The notes beneath the pieces were generated by a model. That model was not told the DNA's origin, ran no database searches, and was given only the letters and a program-made list of their open reading frames with translations. A program made the position numbers and the translations under genes. Source: Bdellovibrionales bacterium (lineage in GTDB: Bacteria; Bdellovibrionota; Bdellovibrionia; Bdellovibrionales; UBA1609). Taken from it: a stretch of DNA of 64,000 nt. Positions 19,024-28,895 of the stretch are shown one piece after another; the first letter of the stretch is position 1; each line of letters begins with the position of its first letter. The stretch is from positions 482,142-546,141 of the forward strand of contig OZ244719.1 in the NCBI GenBank assembly GCA_965219095.1. Direction: 5' to 3'.

Positions 19024-19776
19024 ATGTCTTTAAAAAAACTCAATCATTCAATTCCTAAAGCTGTATGGGCTTCGATTCAAGCTGTTGCTAAAGAAACTCA
19101 AGAACTAGTAAAGTCTCAAAAAGAGAATGCCAAAGCTCAAAAAGAGACTGATCGCCAACTCAAAGAATCTCAAAAAGAAATCGCTAAAGCTCAAAAAGAG
19201 ACTGATCGCCAACTCAAAGAATCTCAAAAAGAAATCGCTAAAGCTCAAAAAGAAATCGCTAAAGCTCAAAAAGAGACTGATCGCCAACTCAAAGAATCTC
19301 AAAAAGATACTAATCAACGTATAGCACAACTCAACGAACTTTTCACAGGTCAATGGGGGAAGCTTATGGAAGCCTTTGTAAAAGGTGATTTAGTTAAACT
19401 TCTTCAAGAAAGGAACATCGATGTTAATGATATATGCTCTAATAGAGAGAAGACCTTTGAAGGTCAAAAATATGAGTTTGATATCATAGCCATTAATGGA
19501 AAAGAAACAGTAGCTGTGGAAGTAAAGACTACTTTACGGCTGAAAGACTTAACTTATTTTTTAAAAAAGTTAAAAACCTTTAAAAAGATGTTTCCTGAAT
19601 ATGAAGATAAGAAAATATACGGAGCTATGGCTTTTATAAAAGTGAATGAAGGAGCTGATAGGAGAGCTGAAAAAGATGGTTTATTTGTGATTCAAGCTGT
19701 AGGAGATAGTGGAAGCATTATTAATGCCAAACACTTTAAACCAAAGATCTTTTGTAATAACAATTCCAAAAAATAA
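19024..19776 (+). CDS. Coiled-coil tandem-repeat protein with C-terminal PD-(D/E)XK-like domain (DUF3782-like)
   Basis: KAQKETDRQLKESQKEIA repeats; QWGKLME...EFDIIA...VEVKTTL. Confidence 0.8.
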   Translation: MSLKKLNHSIPKAVWASIQAVAKETQELVKSQKENAKAQKETDRQLKESQKEIAKAQKETDRQLKESQKEIAKAQKEIAKAQKETDRQLKESQKDTNQRIAQLNELFTGQWGKLMEAFVKGDLVKLLQERNIDVNDICSNREKTFEGQKYEFDIIAINGKETVAVEVKTTLRLKDLTYFLKKLKTFKKMFPEYEDKKIYGAMAFIKVNEGADRRAEKDGLFVIQAVGDSGSIINAKHFKPKIFCNNNSKK

Positions 19777-19999
19777 TTCGATATTCTTTTGTAGCATAAG
19801 GTTCTGGAAGAGATCTCCAAAAGGCTTAAGTTAACAGTAAATCAGTTTCTTAACTGAGTTACAGCTTTCTAAGCTAACGTAAGGTGGCAGAAGGGGGTTA
19901 AGCTTATTACAAACGTCAAATTAAAAAAACAAATTCTTTTCTATGGAAAAAGCCTCAAAAGGTACAAACTCAGTTTCTTTTTGCTCCACTTAAATAAAA

Positions 20000-20160
20000 C
20001 TCTTAAAAGGCTTATTTCAAAGCAAAGAAAAGTCCTCAAAATGTTCTTTTAGGATGGTTTCACTGAAGAACAAATAGGACGAAAGCTCAGCCACTCTTGA
20101 AGCACAATTAAAAACATAAAAGCTCAAGCATTCAAGTCACTTAGGAAGAATTTAGAGGTC
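20000..20160 (+). pseudogene. Decayed sigma-70 region 4-like HTH
   Basis: KQRKVLKMFF / DGFTEEQIGRKLSHS*STIKNIKAQAFKSLRKNL with frameshift and stop. Confidence 0.45.
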
Positions 20161-20613
20161 AACATGGGGACACTGTCCCCATGTATAGGGGCAAAAGAAA
20201 ATTTTTATGCTCCTTTTTCCAGTTATAAACCCAAGTTTAGAATCAAGATGGAAGAAGAAAATCAACGTCACTCTGATAAACCTCCAAAGGGTTTTTATAG
20301 TTTGTTTGAAGATTTAAAACAAGCTTTCACATCACTTTGACCGATCGTAAAGAGGGGAAGCTCCAATTTGAAAAGTTAAATGGAGCTTTTTTAAAAGATG
20401 TGAGTTGTGTCTAATCAAAGGGGTAAAAGTGTGTCTAGAATTGGACAAAACCAAAGAGATGCCAAAGCTTAAAAGCACTTAAGATCATTTCATTTTTTCT
20501 TATTCAGAAAAAATGTTAAGAAAGTGTCTGACCTCCCTAAAAGCTTTTTTTCATTCTATCTTAAGATTTTCTTATTGGGGACTATTTTCTGCTTTTAACT
20601 ACTTATAAAAAAT

Positions 20614-20803
20614 GGCTCCTCCAGGGAATCTGTGGGTAAAAAGTAGTAGAAATCCCCCAAAAGAGCTCATATTAATCAAAGCAAGAGTAAGACATCCTGT
20701 CTTGTATTTTTGAGTTCTTTGAGGCCTTACTGACCTCTATCACCTCCGGTGATTGAACTCAAAAACATTCATTTTATTTGCTGTATTACATTAAAATCTT
20801 AAA
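20614..20803 (+). mobile_element. ISL3 left-end remnant
   Basis: Matches 3283-3475. Confidence 0.8.
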
Positions 20804-21013
20804 GAAAGAGAAGAAAAGGTGCGGAATGAAAAAATAAGAATCCTGAGGGTTCCTAGAAAGACCTTTTTTAAATTAAAAGAGCAGTTAGGTAATATAAAGT
20901 AAAGATATTGATCTGTTTTCTTTAAATTTCTCTAAAAACCAAGCTATTGTTTTCATATATGCACATTTTTAAGAATCTGTTTGAAAGAAATACACACTTG
21001 AATGCTGTTTGAA

Positions 21014-21109
21014 TGTTGCAGATCTGTTACAAATTTGCATATTTGTTACAAATGTAACAGATCTGTTACAAATGTATCGGATTCAGCAAATTTGTAACAA
21101 ATATGCAAC
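21014..21109. repeat. Cluster of direct and inverted TGTTACAAAT repeats
   Basis: Three TGTTACAAAT copies plus inverted TGTAACA copies within 96 bp. Confidence 0.75.
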
Positions 21110-21212
21110 TTTTCAAAAAAAAACAAGAAAAACCTTTTTTTTCATTTAAAACTTTATTGTAGCAAAAGGTTTTATAAAAGAGTCCTTTTTATAAAACCAA
21201 AAAGAAAGGAGT

Positions 21213-21945
21213 ATGTATGAAGCAAAAAACAAAAAAAGAGTTCTTATGAAGATAGAAGCACCTCAAAACCTTGTAAGCTTAAAAGCTCAAATCCAGACCC
21301 TTACTTCTCCAGAATTTAGAAACTCCTCTATACATGAAGAAAAAGAAATCGATCTCCTGGATGTTATGAAAAAAAATCAAATAGCCTATTTCCAGTTGAA
21401 TTTAAACAGCTATGGTTTTTTAGGTAAGAAAATCGGTAAAATTCTAGTTCAAGATCTAAAGGTTATAAGCTCTCAGATTCAATCAGGACAAGTGGATTTT
21501 AAGCCTTTACTTTTAGGGGTCTTGATTGATGAATTTGGATCTTTTGCTACACCTGATTTTTCAGATTTTTTAAAGCAAGTAAGATCTGCTGGTACAGGAG
21601 TTCACTTATTTTGCCAAGGCTTAGCTGATTTAAATGTTGTAAGTCAGAGTTTTAGCAATCAAGTGTTGGGAAGTGCGGCCACTAAAATCATACTTCGACA
21701 AGATGTGAAGAGGACTCTCGAAAAATGGGCTTTTACAGCTGTCACTAGGGGCACTGTAGGTAGGAGTTTTCAGGTCAGTGAACGCATTCTGGGGAACTTA
21801 AAAAAACAGGCTTAGGGAATCTTTTGGAGACCAAAAAAATGAAGATCGAACATGATGTTTTTAAGAGCTTAAAAGTAGGTCAGGCTGTACTCATTGATAA
21901 GATCAAAACCTCACAAGATTTGTTTCAAATTTTTAGCTTAAAGGA
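21213..21945 (+). pseudogene. Type IV coupling protein C-terminal remnant
   Basis: Paralogous to the C-terminal half of 14376-15971 (AYFQLN, IDEFGSFAT, GVHLFCQGLADL); no Walker A; frameshift near 21800. Confidence 0.85.
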
Positions 21946-22014
21946 GTGAGCTTTATGAGTAGTTTTAAAAAAATTCTGGAATTTTCTTATAGTGCTAAAA
22001 ACATGTCTTGCATG

Positions 22015-22178
22015 CACCCCCTTTCCTTTTCCCTTTGTCTTTATACACCCAACTCTGCTAAAACCTTCGGTTTTCACCGTGACCACCCTCTCCCGCTCAT
22101 ACTTTTTTTAGTATGGGAGAGGGTGGTCACGGTACCACAGAGTTGGGTGTATAGATGTGGGAAGAGGAAAGGGGGGTG
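22015..22178. repeat. Long nested inverted repeat downstream of T4CP remnant
   Basis: tatacacccaactctg/cagagttgggtgtata and accgtgaccaccctctccc/gggagagggtggtcacggt arms plus outer pyrimidine/purine arms. Confidence 0.85.
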
Positions 22179-22499
22179 TGAGAGGAGGAAAAAATAGAGA
22201 AAATTTTTAGAACTTTTAAATTAAAAATTTTCTCTATCAGGTTAAAAAATTTTTGTTTTTTTAAGTTTAACTTGAGTTTTTTTAATGGCCGAGAAAGGAG
22301 TAAAAAAAAAGGTCAAAAAACAAATAACAAATCAATCATGAAAGGAGTAGCATAATGCAAAGCAAGAAAAGTAAAATTTACGACACTTTTTTGAGTGCGT
22401 AAATTCATCATATTCAGTGAGGAAAAGTCAGAGTTCTTAGAAGAAACCAAATGAGGAAGTTTTTTAAGCTTCTTCGCCATATTTTGAAAGGAGAAAAAA

Positions 22500-22757
22500 A
22501 TGGATAAAAAAGAATTGAAACCAATTAAAAAAGGTAGTAGTTTAGAGAACACTATTCGCCCTCAAAAAAAGGGCCTGTTCTTTGACAATTTAATAACCGT
22601 AGAGGAATTAGCCTTAGCGTTTGGGCTGTCTCCTAGAACGATTAAAAATTGGGTGAGTTTAAGACAAATCCCCTTTATTCAGTTCAGAAGAAGGACTTAC
22701 TTTCTTAAAGACAGTATCCATAGATGGCTTCAACAAAAGGAGAAATCATGTCAATAA
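22500..22757 (+). CDS. xis: Excisionase/HTH_17
   Basis: LITVEELALAFGLSPRTIKNWV; first ~33 aa nearly identical to unit B xis. Confidence 0.85.
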   Translation: MDKKELKPIKKGSSLENTIRPQKKGLFFDNLITVEELALAFGLSPRTIKNWVSLRQIPFIQFRRRTYFLKDSIHRWLQQKEKSCQ

Positions 22758-23923
22758 CCAAACGTAAAAGGAAAAATAAAATAACATATCAAGCAGAAAT
22801 TTATGTAAGAGGAATTCGTCTGAAAGCAAAAAGCTTTCAAACAAAAACAGAAGCCTGTATATGGCACGATAAGGAAAAAAAACGTCTTCAAGAAGGAAGA
22901 GTTTCTCTTCAAGAAGAGTTAAGAGAACTTTTCTTTGAAGACTGTGTGAGAAGGTATCTTAAAGAGTATGTTCCTACTTTAAGAGATTCCAGTCAAAAGA
23001 AGATTCAACTTCTTTGCGAGAGGTTTTTTCTACAAAGTCCTTTAGCAAAAACAAAAATGTCAGATATAGACCATGTCAGTATTGACACTTGGATTGACTG
23101 GCTTTTTAGAAGCTTTAAAAACACTGTCAACCGCCATTCTTTTAGAATAGAGTTAAGGCGTCTTGGCTCTGTTCTTCACTGGTGGAGAAACTACCTTGAT
23201 CCAAGCTTTAGCTTTCCTATTGTTCGTGGTCATAGAAATCGGTGTTATGTGAAGAAGCGAGAATCTAAGGTGAAAAGGCCAGATTACTTTGCTAAACCTG
23301 AAGAGGTGAGGGCTTGGCTTAACGAACTTAAGAAGATTCAAAACCCTGTTTATTACCGTTTAGCTCAGTTTATGATTTTAACAGGAGCGAGAGTAAGTGA
23401 AGCTTGTGGACTTATGTGGAGTGAAATTGATTTTAAGAATCGTTTTGCAAGAGTTGTTAGAACAGCTGACTGGTCTTCTGAAAAACCTCAAATTCTAGAA
23501 ACCACAAAGACTAAGACTTCTGTAAGAGTTTTAACTCTTCCTGAAAAGCTCATAGAGCTTTTGTATGAAATGAAAGAGGAATCTAATAATCCTCTTGTGT
23601 TTTACTCTTCAGAAGGAAAAGTCGTTCCTTACACTACCATTCGTTGGGCCTTTGATAAGTCTTTTAAGACCTGCAATCTTCCTTGGAGAGGAACTCATAT
23701 TTGTCGTCATACTTATGCCACAATGGCTTTAATGGCGACAAAAAGCCTCTCAGCTGTCCAAGCAAGTCTTGGGCATAAGGATCAAGCTATGACTCAAAGG
23801 TATGCAAAAGTGGTGGCTCTCATTAACTCGGATATGGCAGAAAAAACAGCTCAGATGTATGAAATGAACTCTTTAGGTTCATCTCCATCACGACAGATCA
23901 CGACGTCTTTACAGACAAAATGA
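22748..23923 (+). CDS. int: Tyrosine integrase, intact (unit A)
   Basis: TGARVSE, HICRH, LGH, TQRY; start chosen by ggag RBS and alignment to unit B int. Confidence 0.95.
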   Translation: MSITKRKRKNKITYQAEIYVRGIRLKAKSFQTKTEACIWHDKEKKRLQEGRVSLQEELRELFFEDCVRRYLKEYVPTLRDSSQKKIQLLCERFFLQSPLAKTKMSDIDHVSIDTWIDWLFRSFKNTVNRHSFRIELRRLGSVLHWWRNYLDPSFSFPIVRGHRNRCYVKKRESKVKRPDYFAKPEEVRAWLNELKKIQNPVYYRLAQFMILTGARVSEACGLMWSEIDFKNRFARVVRTADWSSEKPQILETTKTKTSVRVLTLPEKLIELLYEMKEESNNPLVFYSSEGKVVPYTTIRWAFDKSFKTCNLPWRGTHICRHTYATMALMATKSLSAVQASLGHKDQAMTQRYAKVVALINSDMAEKTAQMYEMNSLGSSPSRQITTSLQTK

Positions 23924-24141
23924 ACTTTAGGATCAAAAGGATACTGGTAGTTGAATTTTAAAATTTTTTAAAATTTAAAAAAAAGAATTCTAGCAGGAAC
24001 ACTTGGAATGAAAAACTCACGACGGAAATCACGACTTCTCACTAAAATAGCTAAGATATCACTCATAAAGTAGAGCGTGAAAGAAGTTCTAGCAGTGGAA
24101 AGTTTAAGAGTTTTGAAGTAAAAAAAGACCTACTATAAATA

Positions 24142-24168
24142 AACCCCCCTTTTTCTAAAAAGGGGGTT
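24142..24168. terminator. Intrinsic terminator after pilin cassette 3
   Basis: C-run/T-run and A-run/G-run hairpin (aacccccctttttctaaaaagggggtt). Confidence 0.75.
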
Positions 24169-24185
24169 CTAGAAAGGTTTTCAGA

Positions 24186-24629
24186 TTAAGTACAGTCAGC
24201 TCCTGCGCCATTTGATTTTAAAATTTTAAGATTATCCATCTGCCAATTTGTTCCAACACTATCAAGCTTATTGCTTGTGTGATTTCCAAAAGCTCCAGCT
24301 TTGAAGGTTGTAGTTGTGTGTTCACATGCAGGTCCAGGAGCCCTTTTAGTGCCGGTAGCATGAGTAGAGTCGTGTTTTGCAGCAGCAGCCGCTGTTGCTG
24401 GGCATGTTCCCACTACAGCACTCGCCTTAAATCCGATAGAAAAATATTGCGTTCCCTCGGGTTTTCCAAAACCTATCAAATCCAAGTTATTACAATAATC
24501 GCCTTGTTCATAAAAGTACGCTTTTTCTGCTGTATAAAGAGCCCCTAAGTTAGTTTTAGCTTCACCGTCTCGTGCTTTTTTTCTAAACCCATCGAATGCA
24601 GGAATGGCAACTGCTGCAAGAATTCCTAT
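24186..24629 (-). other. Leader-less type IVa pilin cassette 3
   Basis: IGILAAVAIPAFDGFRKKARDGEAKTNLGALYTAEKAYFYEQGDYCNNLDLIGFGKPEG...WQMDNLKILKSNGAGADCT*; in-frame TGA nine codons upstream. Confidence 0.9.
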
Positions 24630-24631
24630 AA
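24520..24631. repeat. Pilin-helix direct repeat copy 3 (putative att site)
   Basis: Near-identical to 784-895 and 18524-18635. Confidence 0.92.
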
Positions 24632-25200
24632 AAAGAAAGAGATGAAGTTTTCCTCAAAGAGGCAGTTATGAAAATGGGAAAGTTTATTTTTATTACAAAT
24701 GAAAGGGGCTTAGATCGGAAGGATGTGTTATCGCTTTATCGCAGTAGAGATGGGATAGAAAGATTATTTAGATCTTTTAAGCACAATATTCTTGAAAAAA
24801 GGAGTAGGGTAAAATCAGAGGATGTCCCATTTCTCGGTGGAATTAGTTAGAGGGCGATTTCATGTTTAAGCGACCTTTCTTTGTTTTGCAACCATTTTTT
24901 CTAAGTTGTAATAGTCGCAACTTAATCTCTCACATAAACAATGTGATGAAAGAAAAGAATCTGTACAAGAAATTTTCAAAAACAGAGGTCTATAAAATTT
25001 TAGATAAATTAAAGTTCTATAAATTGGCCACAGGACAAACAAGATTAGGAGAGTTGTCCGGTAAGCAAAAGAGCCTTTATAAAGCTTTTAATGTGACTCG
25101 GGAAATCCCACACAGCTTTAAGTTGTAAAATCCCCTCTGACTAATGCGACGCATTACGAGGGCCGAATAAAAACCTAGTACCAAAATCCACAGAATTCAG
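24632..25200 (+). pseudogene. IS1634/IS4-like transposase C-terminal fragments with inserted IS scraps
   Basis: GKFIFITN...LYRSRDGIERLFRSFK; IS481 end at about 24907. Confidence 0.65.
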
Positions 25201-25204
25201 GAAG

Positions 25205-25721
25205 TTACAGTATGGGTCTGAATTTCATAAAAAATATCAATCTTTTTACGCTTCTCAAGGCTTTTTACCTCTGCTGTCTTTAAAAACATCCCACACTGAG
25301 AACACTCTGAGGGAGAGACAGTCTCCTCACTGTTTGTGTCTTTACTGTTATCAAGTCTAGAGCCCTTTTTTTGACTCCCACTAGCTTTCTTATTACGATT
25401 CCCTTGACGACTAAAATCTTGCGAAGGAGGAAGACCGCTGTTGCTGGAATTTTTTCAAACCTGTTTTTCTAAAAACACAACAATCAGAATGTTCACAACC
25501 TTAAAGAGAGATTCAACAATCACAGAAATTTCAGTAGGCACAGAACCTTTCTTTGCAAACTTATCAAAGTCACTTCTTATATTTTCAATCTCATTTCTGA
25601 TGGAGGTCTTATTTATTGTCATTTGAAAAAAGTATTTAAAAGAAAATCTGTAAGAACAAGACTTTTATCTTAAAACAGGTCTAAAGTTAGGGATAACTGA
25701 ACAATGTAGGTGAGCAGTTAC
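25205..25721 (-). pseudogene. IS66 (ISBst12-type) 5' fragment
   Basis: GTAACTGCTCACC end; NSSNSGLPPSQD and CxxC motifs on the minus strand. Confidence 0.6.
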
Positions 25722-25879
25722 GAATCGGTATGCTGTTTTAATACATCTCCTCCCAATAAAGGTGCCTTTGGACCTCTTGATTCTCTTAAAGGCCTCACCT
25801 CCCAAGCACTTTTATTGCTGTTTCCTTGAAAGTAGGGAAACTTTCCTGAAACCTAGTACCAAAATTAACAGATTTCAGG

Positions 25880-26649
25880 ATACAATGGAAAAAGAACCAT
25901 AAGTATCTCACCTTAGTCTATGAAATAAGCAAAGAAAGTGTTCGTTTGCTATGGATAGGAGAAAAAAGAACAGAAAAGAGTTTTAGGAAATTCTTTGATT
26001 TACTAGGAGAGAAGTCAAAAGAGATACGGTTTGTGTGCTCTGACATGTGGAAGCCTTATTTAAAAGTCATAAAGGAAAGGGCAAGTCAAGCTTTGAATAT
26101 ATTAGATCGGTTTCATATCGTAGCAAGACTCAATAAGGCTTTAGACGAAGTGAGAGCTTCAGAACACAAAAAAATGAAAGAAGATGGGTATGAACCCCTT
26201 TTAACAAAATCTAGATGGCCCTTGTTAAAAAATGCAGAAAATTTAAAATCTTATGAAAAAGTAAAATTAAGGCATTTAATACAGTACAATTTAAAAAGTA
26301 TCCGCTGTTATTTTTTAAAAGAAGACTTCCGACAGTTATGGACCTATGTTTCACCAACTTGGACTGGTAAATTTATAGACAGTTGGACGAGACGAGTCAT
26401 GCTTTCAAAAATTGAACCTATGAAAAGAGAAGCAAAAACCATACGAAGACATAAGCTACTTATTCTTAATTACTTCAAGGCTAAAAAAGCCTTCTCCTCA
26501 GGGATTGTAGAGGGTTTAAACAACAAAGTAAAACTCACTATGAGAAAATCTTACGGCTTTAGAACCTCTAAAGCTATAAAAATCGCCTTATATCATAACC
26601 TTGGAAAACTGCCAGAACCTCCGGAACCCACAGATTCTTTTGAGGAGGC
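25880..26649 (+). mobile_element. ISL3 3' fragment with right end
   Basis: ORF 25946-26677; ends cccacagattcttttgaggaggc. Confidence 0.88.
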
Positions 26650-26860
26650 AATTATTTTAACTTTAGTGAAATTATGACAGCTCAAGATAGGGATACCTCT
26701 TTAGCTGTCATGTCGGCTGTGATGAGTGAGTTCTCTCACCAGCTCTTAGAAAAAGAAGATCATGACAAGCTCATTTTTATTGTGGATGAAACACCTTTTT
26801 TCATTCAACACTCTTTTGAGACTTTTAAACTTTTGAGTAAAAACGTAAGAAAGCTTGAAA
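26650..26860 (+). pseudogene. VirB4/TraC-like ATPase fragment
   Basis: KLIFIVDET.FF.......LSKNVRK Walker-B region. Confidence 0.5.
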
Positions 26861-26889
26861 AGGATAAAAATCTGGAGGAAAACATGGAA

Positions 26890-26983
26890 TCTATTTTTAA
26901 AAACAAATGACTTTTTATCAAGACCTTAGAATAAAAACTAGACCTCAACTCAAAAAAACGGAAAACTTAAACGGAAGCACTAT
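26890..26983. mobile_element. IS630 end remnant
   Basis: Matches 53772-53868. Confidence 0.75.
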
Positions 26984-27045
26984 ATGTGAAAATAATTGCA
27001 AAGAAATAAAAAGTGTTTAAAAACCTTATTTTTCACAAATCATAG

Positions 27046-28182
27046 CTAAAATTTAAGGTTAAAGACGTTACCTCTTTTAGAAAGAAAGAAGATTTTTTTT
27101 GAATCCAAAATCACTGGAGGAGAGACAAGCCCCTCTCCTGGATTCATAAAAGCTTTTAGTTTTCCGTCTTTTAAACTGAGAGCTTTGAGAGCACCTTGAA
27201 ACTCCCCCACCCAAAGGTGCTTTTTTCCTATAACAGGAGCTAAAGCAATACCTTTTGTTTTGTAAGACCAGATAAGATCTCCTGATAGATTTAAAGCCAC
27301 AACTTCTCCTCTAGAAGTCGAATGATAAATGAGTCCTTTTTGAGAGTCTAAGGTGACAGAAAAAGCACTCCCGTAAGGTTTTTTCCATAAAACTCTACCT
27401 GTTGAAATATTTAAACAGTATAAATAGCTGTCAAAATTAGATACAAAGACCTTAGAGCGAAATACTACAGGTGTTGCATCTACATCTAAAAGGGGAAGGG
27501 ATTGATTTTCAGACTTTAAACTTTGAGACCATAACAAAATTCCATCAACAGCTCGATAAGCATTAATGATACCATTTTGAAAGCCCACAAGAAGTTTTCC
27601 CTTATAAAAAAAAGGTCTTCCTATACCTTTAACAGAAAGGTTATTTTCAATCCTCTCTGATCTTTCCCATACTTTTTTTCCTGTTTTTTTATCAAGAGAG
27701 TATACTTCTCCTAAAGAAGTTTGAAAATAAACCCGTTTTTTAGTCACCCAAGGAGAACTTACAGAAGTACTTTTTGTTTTATAAGACCAGATCTTTTCTC
27801 CTGTATCTAAAGAAATTACATAAAAAACACCATCTCTTCCTCCTAAAAATACTCTTTTTTCACTAATAACAGGCTCTCCTTCAACCCCCCCTGAAATAGC
27901 AAATTCCCATACTTTTCTCCCTGTCTTTACTTCAAAGGCTAATAGCTTATTTGAACCATTACTTACAACGAAGGTTTCTTTTTGAGGAGAAAAGCTAAGA
28001 TAGGAAGAACCCACAATAATATGATACTTATCTATAGAGTTTATGTTTTGAACCCAGAGGGTTTGGAATTCAATTTCTTGAAATTCGAGAGCTTCGTATC
28101 CAGAAACTTTAAAGAAGTTTTTAAAAGAAGAACAACTTGTTAACAAGAAAGAACTCAAAAAGAAAAAAAAGATGAATTTCAT
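27046..28182 (-). CDS. bamB: BamB-like PQQ beta-propeller lipoprotein
   Basis: Lipobox LTSC, repeated TG+..W propeller motifs, DVDATPV, downstream of yfgM-like gene. Confidence 0.75.
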   Translation of the reverse strand: MKFIFFFFLSSFLLTSCSSFKNFFKVSGYEALEFQEIEFQTLWVQNINSIDKYHIIVGSSYLSFSPQKETFVVSNGSNKLLAFEVKTGRKVWEFAISGGVEGEPVISEKRVFLGGRDGVFYVISLDTGEKIWSYKTKSTSVSSPWVTKKRVYFQTSLGEVYSLDKKTGKKVWERSERIENNLSVKGIGRPFFYKGKLLVGFQNGIINAYRAVDGILLWSQSLKSENQSLPLLDVDATPVVFRSKVFVSNFDSYLYCLNISTGRVLWKKPYGSAFSVTLDSQKGLIYHSTSRGEVVALNLSGDLIWSYKTKGIALAPVIGKKHLWVGEFQGALKALSLKDGKLKAFMNPGEGLVSPPVILDSKKIFFLSKRGNVFNLKF

Positions 28183-28895
28183 AAGGGTTTTTTAGATTTT
28201 AATAAAAACATTTTTAAATAAGCTTCTGCGTAAGATGACCAAGGGGCGTATTGTTTGTCTGTTTTAGAGAGCTTCAAAAGCTTTCTTAAAATTTGTTCTG
28301 ATTTTTTTGTATCCCCTAGCTTCCAGTACAGGAACCCTTTCCTTAATAAAGCTTCGGGGTGAGAAAAAAAGAGTTGTTTTCTATTTAAAATGTGTTCGTA
28401 TTGTAAAAGGGCTTTTTTGGTTTCCTTTCTATCTTCAAAAAGGCTTGCTTTAAAGAGATAGAAAAGACTGTAAAGAAAGTTTTCTTCTGGAATATGTTTT
28501 ATGGTTTTATCAATAAGCTCTAAGGCTTTTTGTTCTTGTTTGTAACGTCTTAGCATGGAAGCTAGATGCAAAACTCCTTGAAAGGTAGCATTTTGATCGG
28601 GGTAAGTTTCAAAAAGACGTTCCAGATTAGAGATATAGCTTTGGGATTCCTTTAACCACTCTTTATCTGTAGGAGTTTTTTGAAAGGTTTTCTTTATATG
28701 ATCTTTATGAGCTTTTTGGAGAAAATAAACTTTTTCGAAAACGTTTTTCTGAGCCTCTGTCTCTTTATACTGAAGACCATAAAAAAGAACACAAGACAAT
28801 AAGATAAGAACAAAGATAATCACAATGTGAGTTCTATTTTGTTGTAAAAAATGAACTAGTTTATCTTCTAAAAGAACGTGTTTTTTTTCCGACAT
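28179..28895 (-). CDS. YfgM-like membrane-anchored TPR protein
   Basis: Single N-terminal TM, TPR helices, synteny with bamB. Confidence 0.7.
   Translation of the reverse strand: MSEKKHVLLEDKLVHFLQQNRTHIVIIFVLILLSCVLFYGLQYKETEAQKNVFEKVYFLQKAHKDHIKKTFQKTPTDKEWLKESQSYISNLERLFETYPDQNATFQGVLHLASMLRRYKQEQKALELIDKTIKHIPEENFLYSLFYLFKASLFEDRKETKKALLQYEHILNRKQLFFSHPEALLRKGFLYWKLGDTKKSEQILRKLLKLSKTDKQYAPWSSYAEAYLKMFLLKSKKPL

Larger units (their letters stand above)
18636..24631. mobile_element. Integrative element unit A (6.0 kb), partly decayed: cargo, T4CP remnant, hairpin, xis, int, pilin cassette 3
   Basis: Bounded by pilin repeats; same module order as unit B; ATCACGAC arm repeats at both ends. 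Confidence 0.8.

Noticed and set aside
19110..19310. CRISPR-like array
   Set aside because: In-frame coding tandem repeat without unique spacers; no cas genes
465..24629. Diversity-generating retroelement acting on pilin
   Set aside because: No reverse transcriptase; cassette differences include indels and are not adenine-restricted
465..24631. Shufflon or integron interpretation
   Set aside because: Cassettes are all in direct orientation, kilobases apart, and each has its own integrase; no inverted sfx sites or attC hairpins seen
896..24631. Prophage
   Set aside because: No capsid, terminase, tail or lysis genes recognised
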